Shown piece by piece: positions 1 through 13,659 of a stretch of 64,000 bases of DNA. The stretch is from Octopus bimaculoides (taxonomy: Eukaryota), in the NCBI RefSeq assembly GCF_001194135.2, contig NC_068984.1:66329950-66393949 (forward strand). Direction: 5' to 3'. The position numbers and the translations under genes are program-made. Position 1 is the first letter of the stretch; each line of letters begins with the position of its first letter. The notes under the pieces are model-generated. The model saw only the letters and a list, made by a program, of their open reading frames with translations, made no database searches and was not told the origin of the DNA.

Positions 1-273
1 TTTTCGAGCGAGATCGTTGCCAGTGCCCCTGGACTGGCTTGTGCGGGTGGCACATAAAAGACACCATTTCGAGCGTGGCCGTTTTCGTGCGGGTGACACG
101 TAAAAGCACCCACTACACTCTCTGAGTGGTTGGCGTTAGGAAGGGCATCCAGCTGTAGAAACTCTGCCAAATCAGACTGGAGCCTGGTGTTGCCATCCGG
201 TTTCACCAGTCCTCAGTCAAATCGTCCAACCCATGCTAGCATGGAAAGCGGACGTTAAACGATGATGATGATG
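1..273 (+). mobile_element. 3' end (3' UTR plus (GAT)n tail) of an RTE-type LINE, cut by the window edge
   Basis: Near-identical to the reverse complement of 30698-31000. That copy is attached to an RTE-like ORF2 C-terminus (DRDLWKCAVREKTRQAK*). Ends GGACGTTAAACGATGATGATGATG. Confidence 0.8.
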
Positions 274-2289
274 CTCTGTAACTTGCAGTAGATGATTAGG
301 TAGTTGTATGCATTCATAATTCTCATAGAAACAGTTGTCAAAGTTTTAAAATAACAATGGTATTGATTGTTTTCTTATTTCTTGTGTACACACACACACA
401 CACACACACACACCTACCCACCGCATACATACAGTTACAAAGACACACATAAATGTGTGCCTCTATATACACACATATACATAAAAACACATGCATATAC
501 ACACATTTATACATGCACTAACACATATGTTCAAATAACATATGTGTATGCAATAATATGGAGCTTCTTGAACATTATTCTTTTCTGACTCCCCAGCTAA
601 ATATGCTGATGCTAGCTTCATCTATGCTACTTCATCACACTTGTGTGTATATTTCTTGTGACTTATGCTGGGTCTCTGTACTTAAAATTTACATGATTCA
701 CTACTGCAGCATTTAATTGTGTTGGCTGGTGTATTTTGTGGATCTCTTCCTTCTTTACAGAGTTCCATGATACACTTACTTTAAATTCTTTTGCTTTCCT
801 CCCGTTAATCAAATGAATACCCATTATCTCCCCGCTCATCCTTCTTATCCAAGAACTCTCCCATAGGTTTTGCTCAGTATCTTCTGCTTCCTTATATGAT
901 AATATGTAAGAAAAACAAATTAAAGATACCATTTGTTACTATGGAAAATAGAAATAATTTGTTCCATTTTTGAAGAAAGACGGTAAAGTATTTAGGCTCT
1001 GTATTTCAGTTTGTGAGTGTGCATGTATAGGTGGTTATGTATATATGTGTGTGTGTGTATGTTCAGCTGTGTGTTTATTATATTCATAAAATTCTAAGGT
1101 GGTCAGAAAATACTAACCTTAGGCTAAAAGATTTGAGTAGATGATATTTTCTTGTTAGTATGCACTAATCTCATCTTCACAAAAACATGGTGTCACACAG
1201 CACAGCTGATAAAAGATGCAGTCTTGAAACTCTGAAAATGTTTCTGCAATCACTTGAGACTGAATATTTTGAGATTGTTCAACTTTTTTTTTATTATTAT
1301 TTTTGCTTGAAGGAAGATATAAATAATTTTAACAAATTTTTAGCTTCCAGTAGCTGCAAGCATTTTCCGTGTTTTGTATGTGGTCTTTGTGATTTATCCA
1401 TGTTTGCTCAGGTTTTCTAAAACTCTACTTCATAATATTGTGTTGTTAGAAAGCTTTTCAGAAAAGAACACGACAAAGTTTAATGCATTTCTCATGAAAG
1501 ACGGAAGGAATTTGTCAGATGCTTGCTTTCTCTTAAAAAAAAAAAAAAAAATGGGGGGAAAAAATGAAGAGGTTATGGCAAAAGAAAAATAATACAAAAC
1601 ACAAAATATTCATGGACAATAATAATAATTGTTTTCTTGATTTTGCAAGTTAGTGTTAATGTAGGGAGGAGTACAAGGTGAGCTCAAAATAATTCTGCGG
1701 TGAGGGAGATCATTAAAATGAATTAGTGACTAATGCTATAAGTCTACATGTGTAGGATCAGATTAACTTGTGTATCCTTTATTTCATATGGTTGGATATA
1801 ATTTGAGGTTGGTTTGTGTCTGATATCTAGCAGGTTAAATAGCAATATAAGTTAGCAATGAACAATACTGTATTAATGTACTAATACTATTGTTTATATT
1901 TTATTTTTGATAGTATGGGACACAACTGCTATGTCTCTATCTTATTCTGATCTCATTAGCAAAGTTTAGTTCTCACTATTTTTCTTGAAGTAGTGATGAA
2001 AGGATCATGAAGTGAATGTGTATTAACAAGATTGTTATAGTGTCCAAAAATAAGTGCCTTGAGGTATTTAGTTGTATGCTTTGAGTACAAATCTGAGATC
2101 AAGTTTCCCTTAATCCTGCTAGGGGTTGATAAAATAAATTCCATTCATGTAATTGACTCTTCCAACTTTATATAAGAAATCTTCAAAAAATATTCAAGAT
2201 TGTACATTTGTCAGTATAAGAAGATGCAGTAGTCCAAGGAAAAAAAATTGTGTTGTTCCATCAGTACAAAGCTCAATTTTCAGTCACAT

Positions 2290-2494
2290 AGCTTTGGATA
2301 CAGTCCTATTGTGTGGCACATTGGGCAAGTATCTTTGGCTATAGCCTTGGGCCAACCAAAGCCTTGTGAGTAGATTTGGTAGATAGAAACTGAATGAAGC
2401 CTGTCATATATATATATATATATATATGTGGGTGTGTGTGTGTGTGTGTGTGTGGGTGTGGGTGTGTGTGTGTATGTGTGTGTGTGTATGTATA

Positions 2495-2527
<33 letters not shown>

Positions 2528-2705
2528 GTGTGTGTGTGTGTATTTATAATATGGGCTTCTTTCAGCTTCCATGTTTCTATCCACCAAATTCATTCACAAT
2601 GTTTTGGTTGGTTAGGGGCTATTGCAGAAGGCCCAAGGTGGCATGAAGTGGGACTGAACCAAAAACTACGTGGTTGCAATGTGTGCTTCTTAATCACACA
2701 GCTAT
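2290..2705. mobile_element. Two partial SINE-A copies (+ at ~2290-2410, - at ~2545-2705) facing each other across a (TA)/(TG) tract
   Basis: Both carry the family core TTGGGCAAGTGTCTTCTACTATAGCC...GAGTGGATTTGGTAGA seen more than 10 times in the window. Boundaries are approximate. Confidence 0.75.
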
Positions 2706-2758
2706 GCTTTGATTGAAGTAAAAGCAATATATTTCACAGGAAAATGGTAGCAAAAGGG

Positions 2759-2981
2759 TTAACCCTTTAGCATTCAGATTACTCTGTCAAATATAATGCT
2801 TATTTAATCACATTGTTTTGAATTATGCATTATCTTCTAGTTTTGAGATTTTGATGTGATTGTTACATTTCTAAAAATAACTTTGCAGGGTAGGTGTGAA
2901 AGGCTTGATCTGGCCAGTTTGAACATAATGCAAGTAGAATATTTTAACCAGATATGATCAATTTAAATGCTAGAAAGTTAA
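2759..2981. mobile_element. piggyBac-like MITE, family 1
   Basis: Starts TTAA-CCCTTTAGCATT and ends AATGCTAGAAAG-TTAA. Homologous copies at 29329, 41474 and ~55360. A TTAA target is diagnostic of piggyBac. Confidence 0.7.
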
Positions 2982-3826
2982 AGTAATTTTTGACCGTTAT
3001 CACTAATCACTGGAAGGTGATAATCTTTTGGGGCATAATATACCTGGGGCTATGTATATGCGGGTTACTTCTAGTAGTTTAATTACCAACATGTCATAGG
3101 TCAGCACAGTAAAGATTAAACAACCACAACAAGTGATAATGTTTCTTCTTTTGAGATGTTAAAGGTATTACTATGTCTCTCCTTTATTTCCATCTATCTG
3201 TCTATATATATAAATGCCATTAAATATTTCTGCCGTAATGAAATCCTAATTTTCAGCCTCTTAAGTCTGATCAACTAAATATCTTTTGATTACAACATCC
3301 CCTCAACCAGTTCACATCATCTGTTGAACTTGTATATATGTTAGCTTGGTAGCCAAACTACTAGGCTTTTAGCTTGTGCATGTGTGTGCCTGTGTGTGTG
3401 TTTTTGTGTGTGTTTGTGCAATGTTAGTAGCATGAAGACTTTGAACATTTTCATTGTACTTTGTATTGATTCTCAAATTACTATTGAACAGAAAATTGTA
3501 TTAGCTGAACATTTCCCTATATCGACTGATCCTATCAGCAAGGAAATAATTAAAAGTAACTGAGAGATCTCAGTGAATGCAGCACACAATTAATTAGAAG
3601 CTAATCACATTTACCTACAAAAACAATTTACATAAAATGTGTTTTCAATAGAATCAGAAAATAGAAGTCTCTTATTTACAAAAGGAATATTTCACTATTG
3701 TAATATAATAACAAATCACATGGTTAGAAAAATAATGTATGTATGCAATTTTGATGTGTGTGTGCATGTGTGTGTACATGCATGTGTGAGTGTATGTATA
3801 TATATACATACAAACACACTTGTGTG

Positions 3827-3877
<51 letters not shown>

Positions 3878-5039
3878 ACTTGGATGTGTGTACATCTATT
3901 AAAAACTAACACATTTTCTCTGAAATAACAATTTTGGATGGTTGATGTGAAAAGAGATTTTGGTTCTTTAGTAATATGAAAGAGCAAATGTAGTTGTTTC
4001 CCTCTCACTTTTTTTATTTAAAAAAAAAACTTCTAGACAATTCTTTAAAATTTATTAAAATGCCAATAAAATAGTTACCTAATCTGCTAGGCAATTTTCT
4101 ATAACTCAACAAATTTTTAATATTTTTATAATGCACTAGAGAAGGAAGATCATTTTGAAAATATATATATTTTTTCATTCAGCAGGAAAATATATTTTAC
4201 TTTTTTATGTTGATGATGTTGAATGTAAATAAAACAACAATATATAATACTGCTGCTGCTCTTTTACTATTCTAAGAATGATTTCAGAACACTGTATAGT
4301 TGTACAAAGTATTGAGACTATATTATCTCAGGTTTAGAAAATGATAATCTGTCAATGAAAAAAGGAGGACTTTTTAAAATATTTTCCTGCATGTGTGTAT
4401 GTGTATGTGTGTATTACTTTTATTCCTCAACAGCTGTATTCAACTTCTGTTCTGTTGATACTTCTTACCTCGAATTTTCTTTCTATTCAATTTCATCCTT
4501 TCATACACTAGATGCTGTCTTTTGTAAAACTAGTGCATGCAAGTTTAAGGGTTTTAAGCACATTGCACCATAGAAGGAGGCAGAAATGAGAAATAGGATA
4601 TTATCACAGAAATTGAAGTTGTTTAGGTTTAAGAAATTATCTGAAAAAAAAAAAAAGAAAAAAACATGGTTGTTCTGTGTTTTATAGTGTTTGTAGAAAA
4701 TAGAGAATATTTCTGTTGTGTAGTTTCATTTTAAGGAATATCTTGGATGTGATAACTGCATTACTTTGTGAGTGTTTAATGATGTATTATTAAATGTTAG
4801 AACATTAATTATATTGTCTATGTCCTATGCAGTATAATTGATGTTCAATTTTTATATTGTTACTCAACAAACCATTGTATAAATGTGTGTATATTGTAAA
4901 GATATGACTTGTTCATATCATATGAATTGTATGCACAAGTTTCATATAAATACATCCCTCAAGCTTGGCAGCATTTGTCTGTATTTCTTCATACACAGAC
5001 ATAGATACACAGACACACACACACACACTCACATCCATC

Positions 5040-5320
5040 ATCCATCTTCTCTGCTCGTAGGAGAAGAGTCCGCAATTACCTCCTTCATAGGGTCTTATCA
5101 GAAGCATTTGTCATTAGACAACCTGACTGGATTCCCAAGCATAACCAATTAAAACTATGTATATTATCCAATTATCTCAATCTTACCAGTTGGCTTGGCC
5201 AGAAGAATCCATCTTGTTATTCTTTTCTACTTAAATGTCAGTAATACTGCAGTTGTGATCTCTCAATGTAGAATAGTATGGATTGACCTAGAGAGACTTT
5301 GAGCTACACATTGTGTCAAG
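5040..5320 (-). mobile_element. Decayed RTE-clade (Expander/Rex3-like) ORF2 C-terminal fragment
   Basis: Manual translation with stops and frameshifts gives SILFYIERSQLQYY*HLSR and LLAKPTGK, resembling the RTE motifs IERSQLRWYGHV and LLAKPTGKRPRGRP. Confidence 0.5.
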
Positions 5321-5494
5321 TAGAGTTACTTCAGGGATCCTCTGGAAGAACCCTATTATGTATGTATGTGTATGTCTCATAATCAATGTCATCTCTTAAT
5401 GTCACTAATTAAATAAAAAATATTTATACTCAAAAGTGCAGGTACAGCTGTTTGGCAAGAAGCTTGCTTCCCATCCACATGGTTCAATTGAGGC

Positions 5495-5680
5495 AGTGAT
5501 CTGGTAGAATTGTTAGCAAGCCAGACAAAATGTTAAGCAACATTTCTTCCAACTCTCTTCATTCTGGGTTCAGATTTACCTTTCATCTTACCAGGGTTCA
5601 TAAAATAAGTATCATTTGATCAATGTAATTAACACCTCTTTTAAAAATTGCTAGCCTTTTGCTTAAACTTTGAAACAATG
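5495..5680 (+). mobile_element. SINE-B copy, diverged
   Basis: Head CTGGTAGAATTGTTAGC..CCAGACAAAATG and core TTTACCTTTCATC...ATAAAATAAGTA are shared with copies at 31480, 43030, 44045 and 59225. Confidence 0.6.
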
Positions 5681-8000
5681 ACATAAAAATTGCAATTTTG
5701 ACTGAAATCAGTTAGAGATTTTCTGGAGTGTATGCTTAGTTTGATTACACTTTGCAGTTTTAGTAGTACAACACATACATTAAACTGATACTCACATTTA
5801 ATTGATGTCTTTTACTACACCATCTCACATTCTGCTCATATCTTTTATAGTGTCAATCTTGTAAACATAACCACATTGGAAACAAGCTGGAATTTGTATA
5901 TATTTTCACAGCATTTCTTTATGAAGTGCTGAATTTCCTAACATGTCTTCCTTGAAGTTACTATCAATTTGACAGGCATTTACATCAATGTAAGAATTAT
6001 CTGTAAGTTTGTGAAAAGGACCTTAAAATTTTCTGTGTCAAAATAAAGGTCTGGATTCTGAGCATATATTCATCTTCTGTTATTTCCATATTGATTGGCA
6101 GAATAAATGAAATAATTTGTAATAGTTATGATAACAGGTCTGACTTCAAATGATAAAGGAATAACGCCAGTATCTAACATACTCAATGTAAGATGTCAGG
6201 AAAATTTTATAGAACATTATGTATGAAATGTGAAATGATAAAGTGAAAGCAAGATAGGGTTTGGCGCTGACTAAGCAGGTAATGAAAAGGAGGATAGTGG
6301 AAAACTTATCAAACACAAATAGTACAGCAAAGTATGTCTTTATGTTAATATAATCACTGCAATTGCTATTGGAGAAGCTACCAGGGATGATCTTTCATTT
6401 TTACCTGGATTCTGTGTATTCTCTATAACCATTTTCCATGTATTTTTGGCAGCTTTCCTGTGTGTTATGTCATTGATATTGCATGATCGTTACAATAATG
6501 AACACTTCATGGTTTCTGTATCATACATGTAAGGAGCAAAGAGTGTGATATCATAAATCATAAGAACAGCTTTATTAGATTGATTCCCAAGAGAAAATAG
6601 CTGACTCATCCTCCTTCGCTTTTATGGTGCAAACAAACATGGAGGTACTTCATTAGCTCAACATTTTTATGAGTCTGCCTCTCCATAACTGAATATAAGA
6701 AGAGTCATTCTTAGAAGAATCCAGTTCGATCTTGTGCAGAAAGTTATTTCTAAGGTTGAACTAGTTTGTAGCCACCTGGAATTAGTGTTCTTGACTCTAA
6801 GGTCAACAGCCCTAATCAAAAAATGCCTATGATCAAGGATATTCAACATGTGACTATACCATACGTTTTCAAGCACAGTTTATCTATAATTATGTTGTCT
6901 GATGCATACTCCCATTTAAAAAAAAAATGGTAGGGTGTAATTTGAAAGAGATTTGACTGCAATTTCTAGCTATTCAAGCACGTAGATGTTCCCTTGCTGG
7001 TTTGCACATGTCATCACAGGTTTATGTTGTGGTTAGGTTTAATCACTGCCTTGTCCTAGCTATCCTGTTTCTCTGATAACTCATATCAAACAGTGTCAGT
7101 ATATATATATATATACATACATGAACAATGAGTTACATGTTAGTATATATTGCAAAATAGTACTCAGTCTATGTGTATGTGCATATGTATACATGCATCT
7201 GTGTATATGCATAAATATTTATATGCAAAGGTATTTTTGTATATTCATTTTTTTATGTGCACACATACATATATATGTTCATGTATGTATGTGCAGGTGT
7301 GTGTGTGTGTGTGTATATATGTATATATATATATAAATAACTATATATGTATTCCTATACACATATATTGTCTATATGTCCAATACAGGGAAGCATTAAA
7401 AACATGCATTAGTTGTGTGTATATCTATCTATCTATCTACCTATCTATCAATCTATATCTATATATATATATATATATATATATNNNNNNNNNNNNNNNN
7501 NNNNNNNNNNNNNNNNNNNNNNNNNNNNNNNNTATATATATTTATATATATATATTTATATTTGCAGAGATAGATATACAGATTGATAGAATGACTGATA
7601 GATTGGGAGACACTCATATGTATATATACACATGTACACAAATAAAAAGTAAATCACTGTGATTAATATTGGGAAAATGAGTCATCATTTCAATTAGAGT
7701 CTTGTTCCCTGCAGCTATTGAATATTACTGATGTAACACAACATTAAGAGATAGGATGGAGAGTGGGATGACAGAAGGAAGATCACATTCATTTCAGTCT
7801 TGTTTCCTTCAACATTAAAGTAGAACAGCTCTAAGAATTGTCCACAGGCAATTCTATAGTATCACAAATGTGTGGATTTTAAACTCATTAACACAAACGT
7901 ATCAATACTTGTAGCATACATAGATAAGTAGACACACATTTTCATATACACGTGTGGGTATATACACACAAAAACATACTCACACTCACTCACACTCACT

Positions 8001-8050
<50 letters not shown>

Positions 8051-8495
8051 AGTATATAAAACCATCATCATCACCATTATAAGTCCATGTTCCATGTTGA
8101 ACTGTTTGATGGGGATCTGATGAGTGCAAGGACAGCATCATACTTGATTGTCTGCTTTGGNNNNNNNNNNNNNNNNNNNNNNNNNNNNNNNNNNNNNNNN
8201 NNNNNNNNNNNNNNNNNNNNNNNNNNNNNNNNNNNNNNNNNNNNNNNNNNNNNNNNNNNNNNNNNNNNNNNNNNNNNNNNNNNNNNNNNNNNNNNNNNNN
8301 NNNNNNNNNNNNNNNNNNNNNNNNNNNNNNNNNNNNNNNNNNNNNNNNNNNNNNNNNNNNNNNNNNNNNNNNNNNNNNNNNNNNNNNNNNNNNNNNNNNN
8401 NNNNNNNNNNNNNNNNNNNNNNNNNNNNNNNNNNNNNNNNNNNNNNNNNNNNNNNTATATATATATATACACACACACATATATATATATATATA

Positions 8496-8905
8496 CCGTA
8501 AATCTTTGAGTATAGTCCGCCCTTGAGTATAATACGCAGGGGATTTTTAGGGGGCTGTACCTCTGAAAAGCCTAAACCACCCCTTCTCTAACTTGAGTCA
8601 AGGAGGTCTATATAACGTCCTTCGTTTGTAAATGTATATATGGTAAATTCCTTTATTATTATTGTATATATAACATAATGCAAACATGTAGCTTTTTAGT
8701 GCACTTTGTTTGCAGAAAATAAAGAAATAACAGTAATAACGTCAGTGAAAAATGAATATTAAGTAAATTGCCTTTACATATTCATCACTTTGAAAATTTT
8801 GCTTAGAAAATATTTTTCCTTCTTAACCTTATATATAGTACGCACTAGAAATTTTGATCTTTAAATTTGGAGAAAAAAGTGCGGATTATACTCGTGGGTT
8901 TACGG
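8496..8905. mobile_element. Tc1/mariner-superfamily (Tc2/pogo-like) MITE
   Basis: Left end TA-CCGTAAATCTTTGAGTATAGTCCGC. The reverse complement of the right end is CCGTAAACCCACGAGTATAATCCGC. No ORF. CCGTA termini with TA targets are typical of Tc2/pogo-like elements. Confidence 0.75.
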
Positions 8906-8906
8906 C

Positions 8907-8968
<62 letters not shown>

Positions 8969-9730
8969 TCATACATACATGTTTTGAATATTGTTTCACT
9001 TAATGGTAAATACTAACATGAAATTTGTGCATGCATTGCATATATATAACTATATGCATGAATGCATGTGTGTATGTATGTGTGTCCTGTAAACTGATGA
9101 TCCAGTCCATTATTAATCCAAGTTTCTTGCTTCTGTATGATTATCCAGACAATGAAATGGTGAAATTAGGCTAGGAAAATAAAATACACACACACACACA
9201 CACACACTAAAAAGAACTAGTTTATAAGATCTAAGGAAGTGTTAATTAAAATAAGGAAATCCTAGATTGTTAAAACTTGTTAGGATACTTATTTAAATGA
9301 ATGCTTACAGGTTGTAAACTATTCCATGTATAATGGAAGTTTTCAGAACATGGTTCAAAAAATTATGTTGGATATCAAACGGTTTGCAGTCTACAAATAT
9401 TCACTTAAATATTTGTGTGTGTGTATGTGTTTATGTATATGTGTATATATGTATTTGCTTATGTATGTGTGTGTGTGCATGTGTATTTGTGTGTGTGCAT
9501 GTGTATTTGTGTGTGTATATTTATGTTTATATGTATATACTTATACTTATGTGTGTGTGTGCATATATACATACACACACATTAATAGATATATATACAT
9601 ACATCATCATCATCGTTACATACATACACACACACATATATATACTCTTCAGGTTAAGGATATCTTGATTAAATGAAAGTTAACATTGTTGCAAGGAGGT
9701 ACATGTTAACACATGGAAGATTCAATCAGA

Positions 9731-9761
<31 letters not shown>

Positions 9762-10659
9762 AACTTTCCATATCAAGCTTTCTTCACAGCTGTATATATA
9801 AACACGCTTCTGTATTTTCATACAATAAATAACTAGCCACAAAACTTTTATCAAAACACATATAAAATATTATTTCAACAAAGAAGAAAAAGTAGCGAGA
9901 CTTTCAAGGAAAATACATTAATATCTTTTATATTCGTATTATTTTGAAAAGTGATGTAAGAAATCTGTTGCACAAATAATCCTTTCCAGTATTTGAATAT
10001 TTCATTGTGTTTGACTACTAAGATGTAAACTGTTTCTTCTTAGTTTTAACTATAAGAACTGCTGTTCTTATTTAGTGATCTTTTTTTTTCCAGCATCTCA
10101 AATGAGATGGAAACAGTTACAAATGAATTCACCAGGAATATTTCTTCTCTCCTTCGACCACCAATATAACCCCTATCAAATTAGATCTATGGGAAAATTG
10201 CTCTCCAATATCACTCACTAGTTATTGAGCCAGTAAGTGATCCTCTACAGGGTTTCTTGATTTACTAGATAGAGTGGCTTAATTTCCTTCAAATCTAACC
10301 TCACTGTTCTAGAAATGAACTCATTAAGTGACATGGTCCTAGCTTCCTGATACATAAGGAAAAAAGTTGGGGGTGGGGGTGGTCATGGTTGGAATGTCTG
10401 ATCAGGTCTGAGTTGGAGCAAGACAAACAATGTCTAGTAGTGCTCTAATGTCATCATCATCATCTTCTAGCATTCATCTCTCATGTTGGCATTGGTTGAA
10501 TGGTTTAAGAGGATCTGATGTGTCCAAGGACAGCATGTGTTGTATTCTAATGTCTACTTTGGCATGGTTTCTATGGCTGGATGCTCTGCTTAATGCCATA
10601 CACTTTACACAGTGCACTGAATAGTTTCTTTTTCTCTTTATGATAGGTGCAGGGGTGGG

Positions 10660-10814
10660 TGGGTGTGTGGTAAGTAGCCTGCTTACCAACCACATGGTTC
10701 TGGGTTCTGTCCCACTTGGGACACCTTGGCTCCTTGGGCAAGTGTCTTCTACTATAGCCTTGGGCTGACCAAAGTCTTGTGAGTGGATTTGGTAGACTGA
10801 AACTGAAAGAAGAT

Positions 10815-10854
<40 letters not shown>

Positions 10855-11075
10855 TTATGTGTGTGTGTGTGTGTGTATGTTTGTGTGTCTGTGCCCCCAC
10901 CATTTCTTGACAACTGATGCTGGTGTGTTAATATCCCCCGTAACTTAGCGATTCTGTAGAAGAGATCAATAGAATAAGTACTAGGCTTACAAAGAAAAAG
11001 TCTTGGGGTCAATTTGTTCAACTAAAAGGCAGTGCTCCAGCATGGCCACAGTCAAATGACTGAAGCCAATAAAAA
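10660..11075 (+). mobile_element. SINE-A, near full length
   Basis: tRNA-like head (TGTGTGGTAAGTAGC...GGTTCTGTCCCAC), core GGGCAAGTGTCTTCTACTATAGCC resembling CORE-type SINEs, internal (TA)(TG) tract, 3' end CATGGCCACAGTCAAATGACTGAA. Confidence 0.85.
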
Positions 11076-13561
11076 AATACCAGTACTAGTGAGGTTGTCA
11101 TGCTCAAGACTAAAATCCTCTTCAACTGAGTGGGGAGGGCTGCAGTAGAGAGAGGGGTGGTTTTATGCTAGGAGATAAAAAGTTAATGTATGAAAGAATG
11201 AGCCAAAATATACTAGGTCTGTTGCTGTAGAGGAGCTGCTTGGCTACTTGACAATATATAGATGAATATGGTCTGAGTAACTATGGTGGCTATAGAAATT
11301 TGAGAAGAATTGATGAAAGTGATATTGTTGCATTTGAAACCAACAAATCCACTGTGTATGGCATGATAGCCATCATCATCATCATCATCTGGCTATTTAC
11401 CTCCTTATGGTTCCATTTATCTTTTATTTTTTAGATTAGACACTTCTTTGCATTCTGTGCTGCTGGGATTCCTTTTGATCACAATATATCAACTTCATAA
11501 ATTTATCTCCCATGTTTTCTTTCTATCCACTAATTGTCATATTTACCAACTTGAACCTTTCGCTCCCTATTCTCTATTGTTCTCAACTCTGGACTGTCTT
11601 TTTTACTTCTTTCTAGTTGGATCTTTGTTCTTCTTTGCTGCTTCTTTTCAGGTACTGCTGCACCATGTCCTATGTTTCCCTGAGGGAAGGCCTTTCTCTC
11701 TCACATTTTGTTGCTTTTGAATTGTCATCGATGCTTCTGCAATTTTGTAGATAGGGATGTTGGCCCTATTTCACAAAATCTGTTATATTTAATAAGTGAT
11801 AATCCTATGCAGAAGATATCCTTTCTTTCAAGTTTTTGTTAGCCTTCTGGACATAAGGCATATCCACATACAACCTAAATATTTCACATCAGATTTACAT
11901 TGCATGTATAAAGGGATATATTTAAAACATCGTTCATTAGGAATGTGACACCTTTGTTTCATTCAATAGTGCAGTCATTATAAATCACAAGAAATTAACT
12001 TGTATCTTAAACTCTCTTCACAGAACAGATCATAAGTAGAATCCTCTAAGTTGGCATAAATACCAGACTCCGTAATCAATGATGATCTTCTTTAGCAATT
12101 GGCTTTTAAAAATTATCTTCATCATCATCGTGAATATCATCATAGTTATCATATCATTGTTGTCATCATCAGTCTCATTGTCATCATTGTCATCGCTATT
12201 TTTACTTCCTTTCAAAAAGAAATATATACATACACACATACGCATTCATACAAATCAGTCATGCGTTTGAGTGCATGTGCACATGGGTCAGGTTCTGTTG
12301 AGATGGACTGTCTTTGTATGCTTTAGGCTCAATAAAGTAAATACCAGAAGCTATATATGTTCCTATAATAAACTTTACCTATTCCTCCAAAACTTCTGTG
12401 GCATTTTGCTAAAGTTAGAAATCAATATAGACACGGAAACTCAATAATTGTCTCTGGAAATTTTAGAGCAGATGATTATTAAGATTGACGATGATTGCAA
12501 AATATGGATTTATCTCTATAAGGATTTTAAATATGAGGAGAAAGATATGAAACCAGAATTTTGGCAGTGGAACGCCATTTACAGTTGAGGATTGGATCAT
12601 CTATCTAATTGAGAGATTAACAGAAAAATATGTATACTATATATCTGAACAATGAGAGATATAGCACACATAAATATGTATAACATTATGTTTTTGATAA
12701 GTTACATGATTTCTAGAAGAATTTAATGCCTAAGTAATCTAAGACTTTTGTAACAAACTTCTCAGACAACTGTGTAGTACTGTATATGTTGAATGATAGT
12801 TACGTCAATAAATAGCATTGTATTTTCGTAATTTTCCTTCAGAGTTTGGTGTATATAATTTTCTCTATGCTCCCTTTTGCTTGTATATACCTATGCTCAA
12901 CCCAATTTTTGTAATGTCGAAGTTCAATAACCAATTTATCAATGGAATTCTCAAACAGAAGAGTAGGCCAATCTGGGGATAAGAGAAATTGATTTTTTTT
13001 ATTATTATTTTTTACTATCGGCGGAATAAATAAATAAATACTTAAAATATGGAAAGACATAAAATAAGCCACACAAGAATAACTATTGATGTTCCTCTGA
13101 TTCTTTTCTTCACTTTCGTTTCAAAAGTGACAAGTGATCAGAATAAAGGAAACAGTATGAATTAAAACAAACACTCTTCAGATGATAAAGAAAAAAAAAA
13201 TATGCTGCAAAAAAATACAAATAAATAAAATAAAGAAGGGAAAGGAAAAAAAAATCATTTATTCAATTGAACAGTTTTCCATCAAAAGAATGTTATTCTC
13301 TCAGTCAGCGTGACAAGCATGTAGTTGAAGAGTAACAAGCTTTAAGAGGGACTGTAACTGCTCTTTTTGTTATAAACCGTTGGAAGATATATTTAAATAT
13401 TGGATCATGTGAAGCATATTATTTTATCTCATTTTATATATTTTTATTTCGTTTCTTTAGAGTGTGGTGGTGCAGCATTTATATAATCTTTTGTTATAAC
13501 AAAAATAAATGAAAGAAAATACATGATCGAGGTCATATTTTTTAACCTTCTGTTCCTGCAG

Positions 13562-13659
13562 AGTGTTTTGCAAGCTAACAACAGCATTTAAATTAGTTTG
13601 TTTCCAACCACTGTGCCATGGCACATGTATGTGTGCTGTAAATGGTTTGCAGGCATACT
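13562..13659 (+). CDS. Candidate coding exon, unidentified Cys-rich peptide
   Basis: Acceptor TTTTAACCTTCTGTTCCTGCAG, donor GTAAGT, one open frame: VFCKLTTAFKLVCFQPLCHGTCMCAVNGLQAY. No homology recognised. Confidence 0.25.

Noticed and set aside
663-932. 89-aa minus ORF with a GTAAGT inside
   Set aside because: No recognisable motif and no consistent exon frame on either strand.
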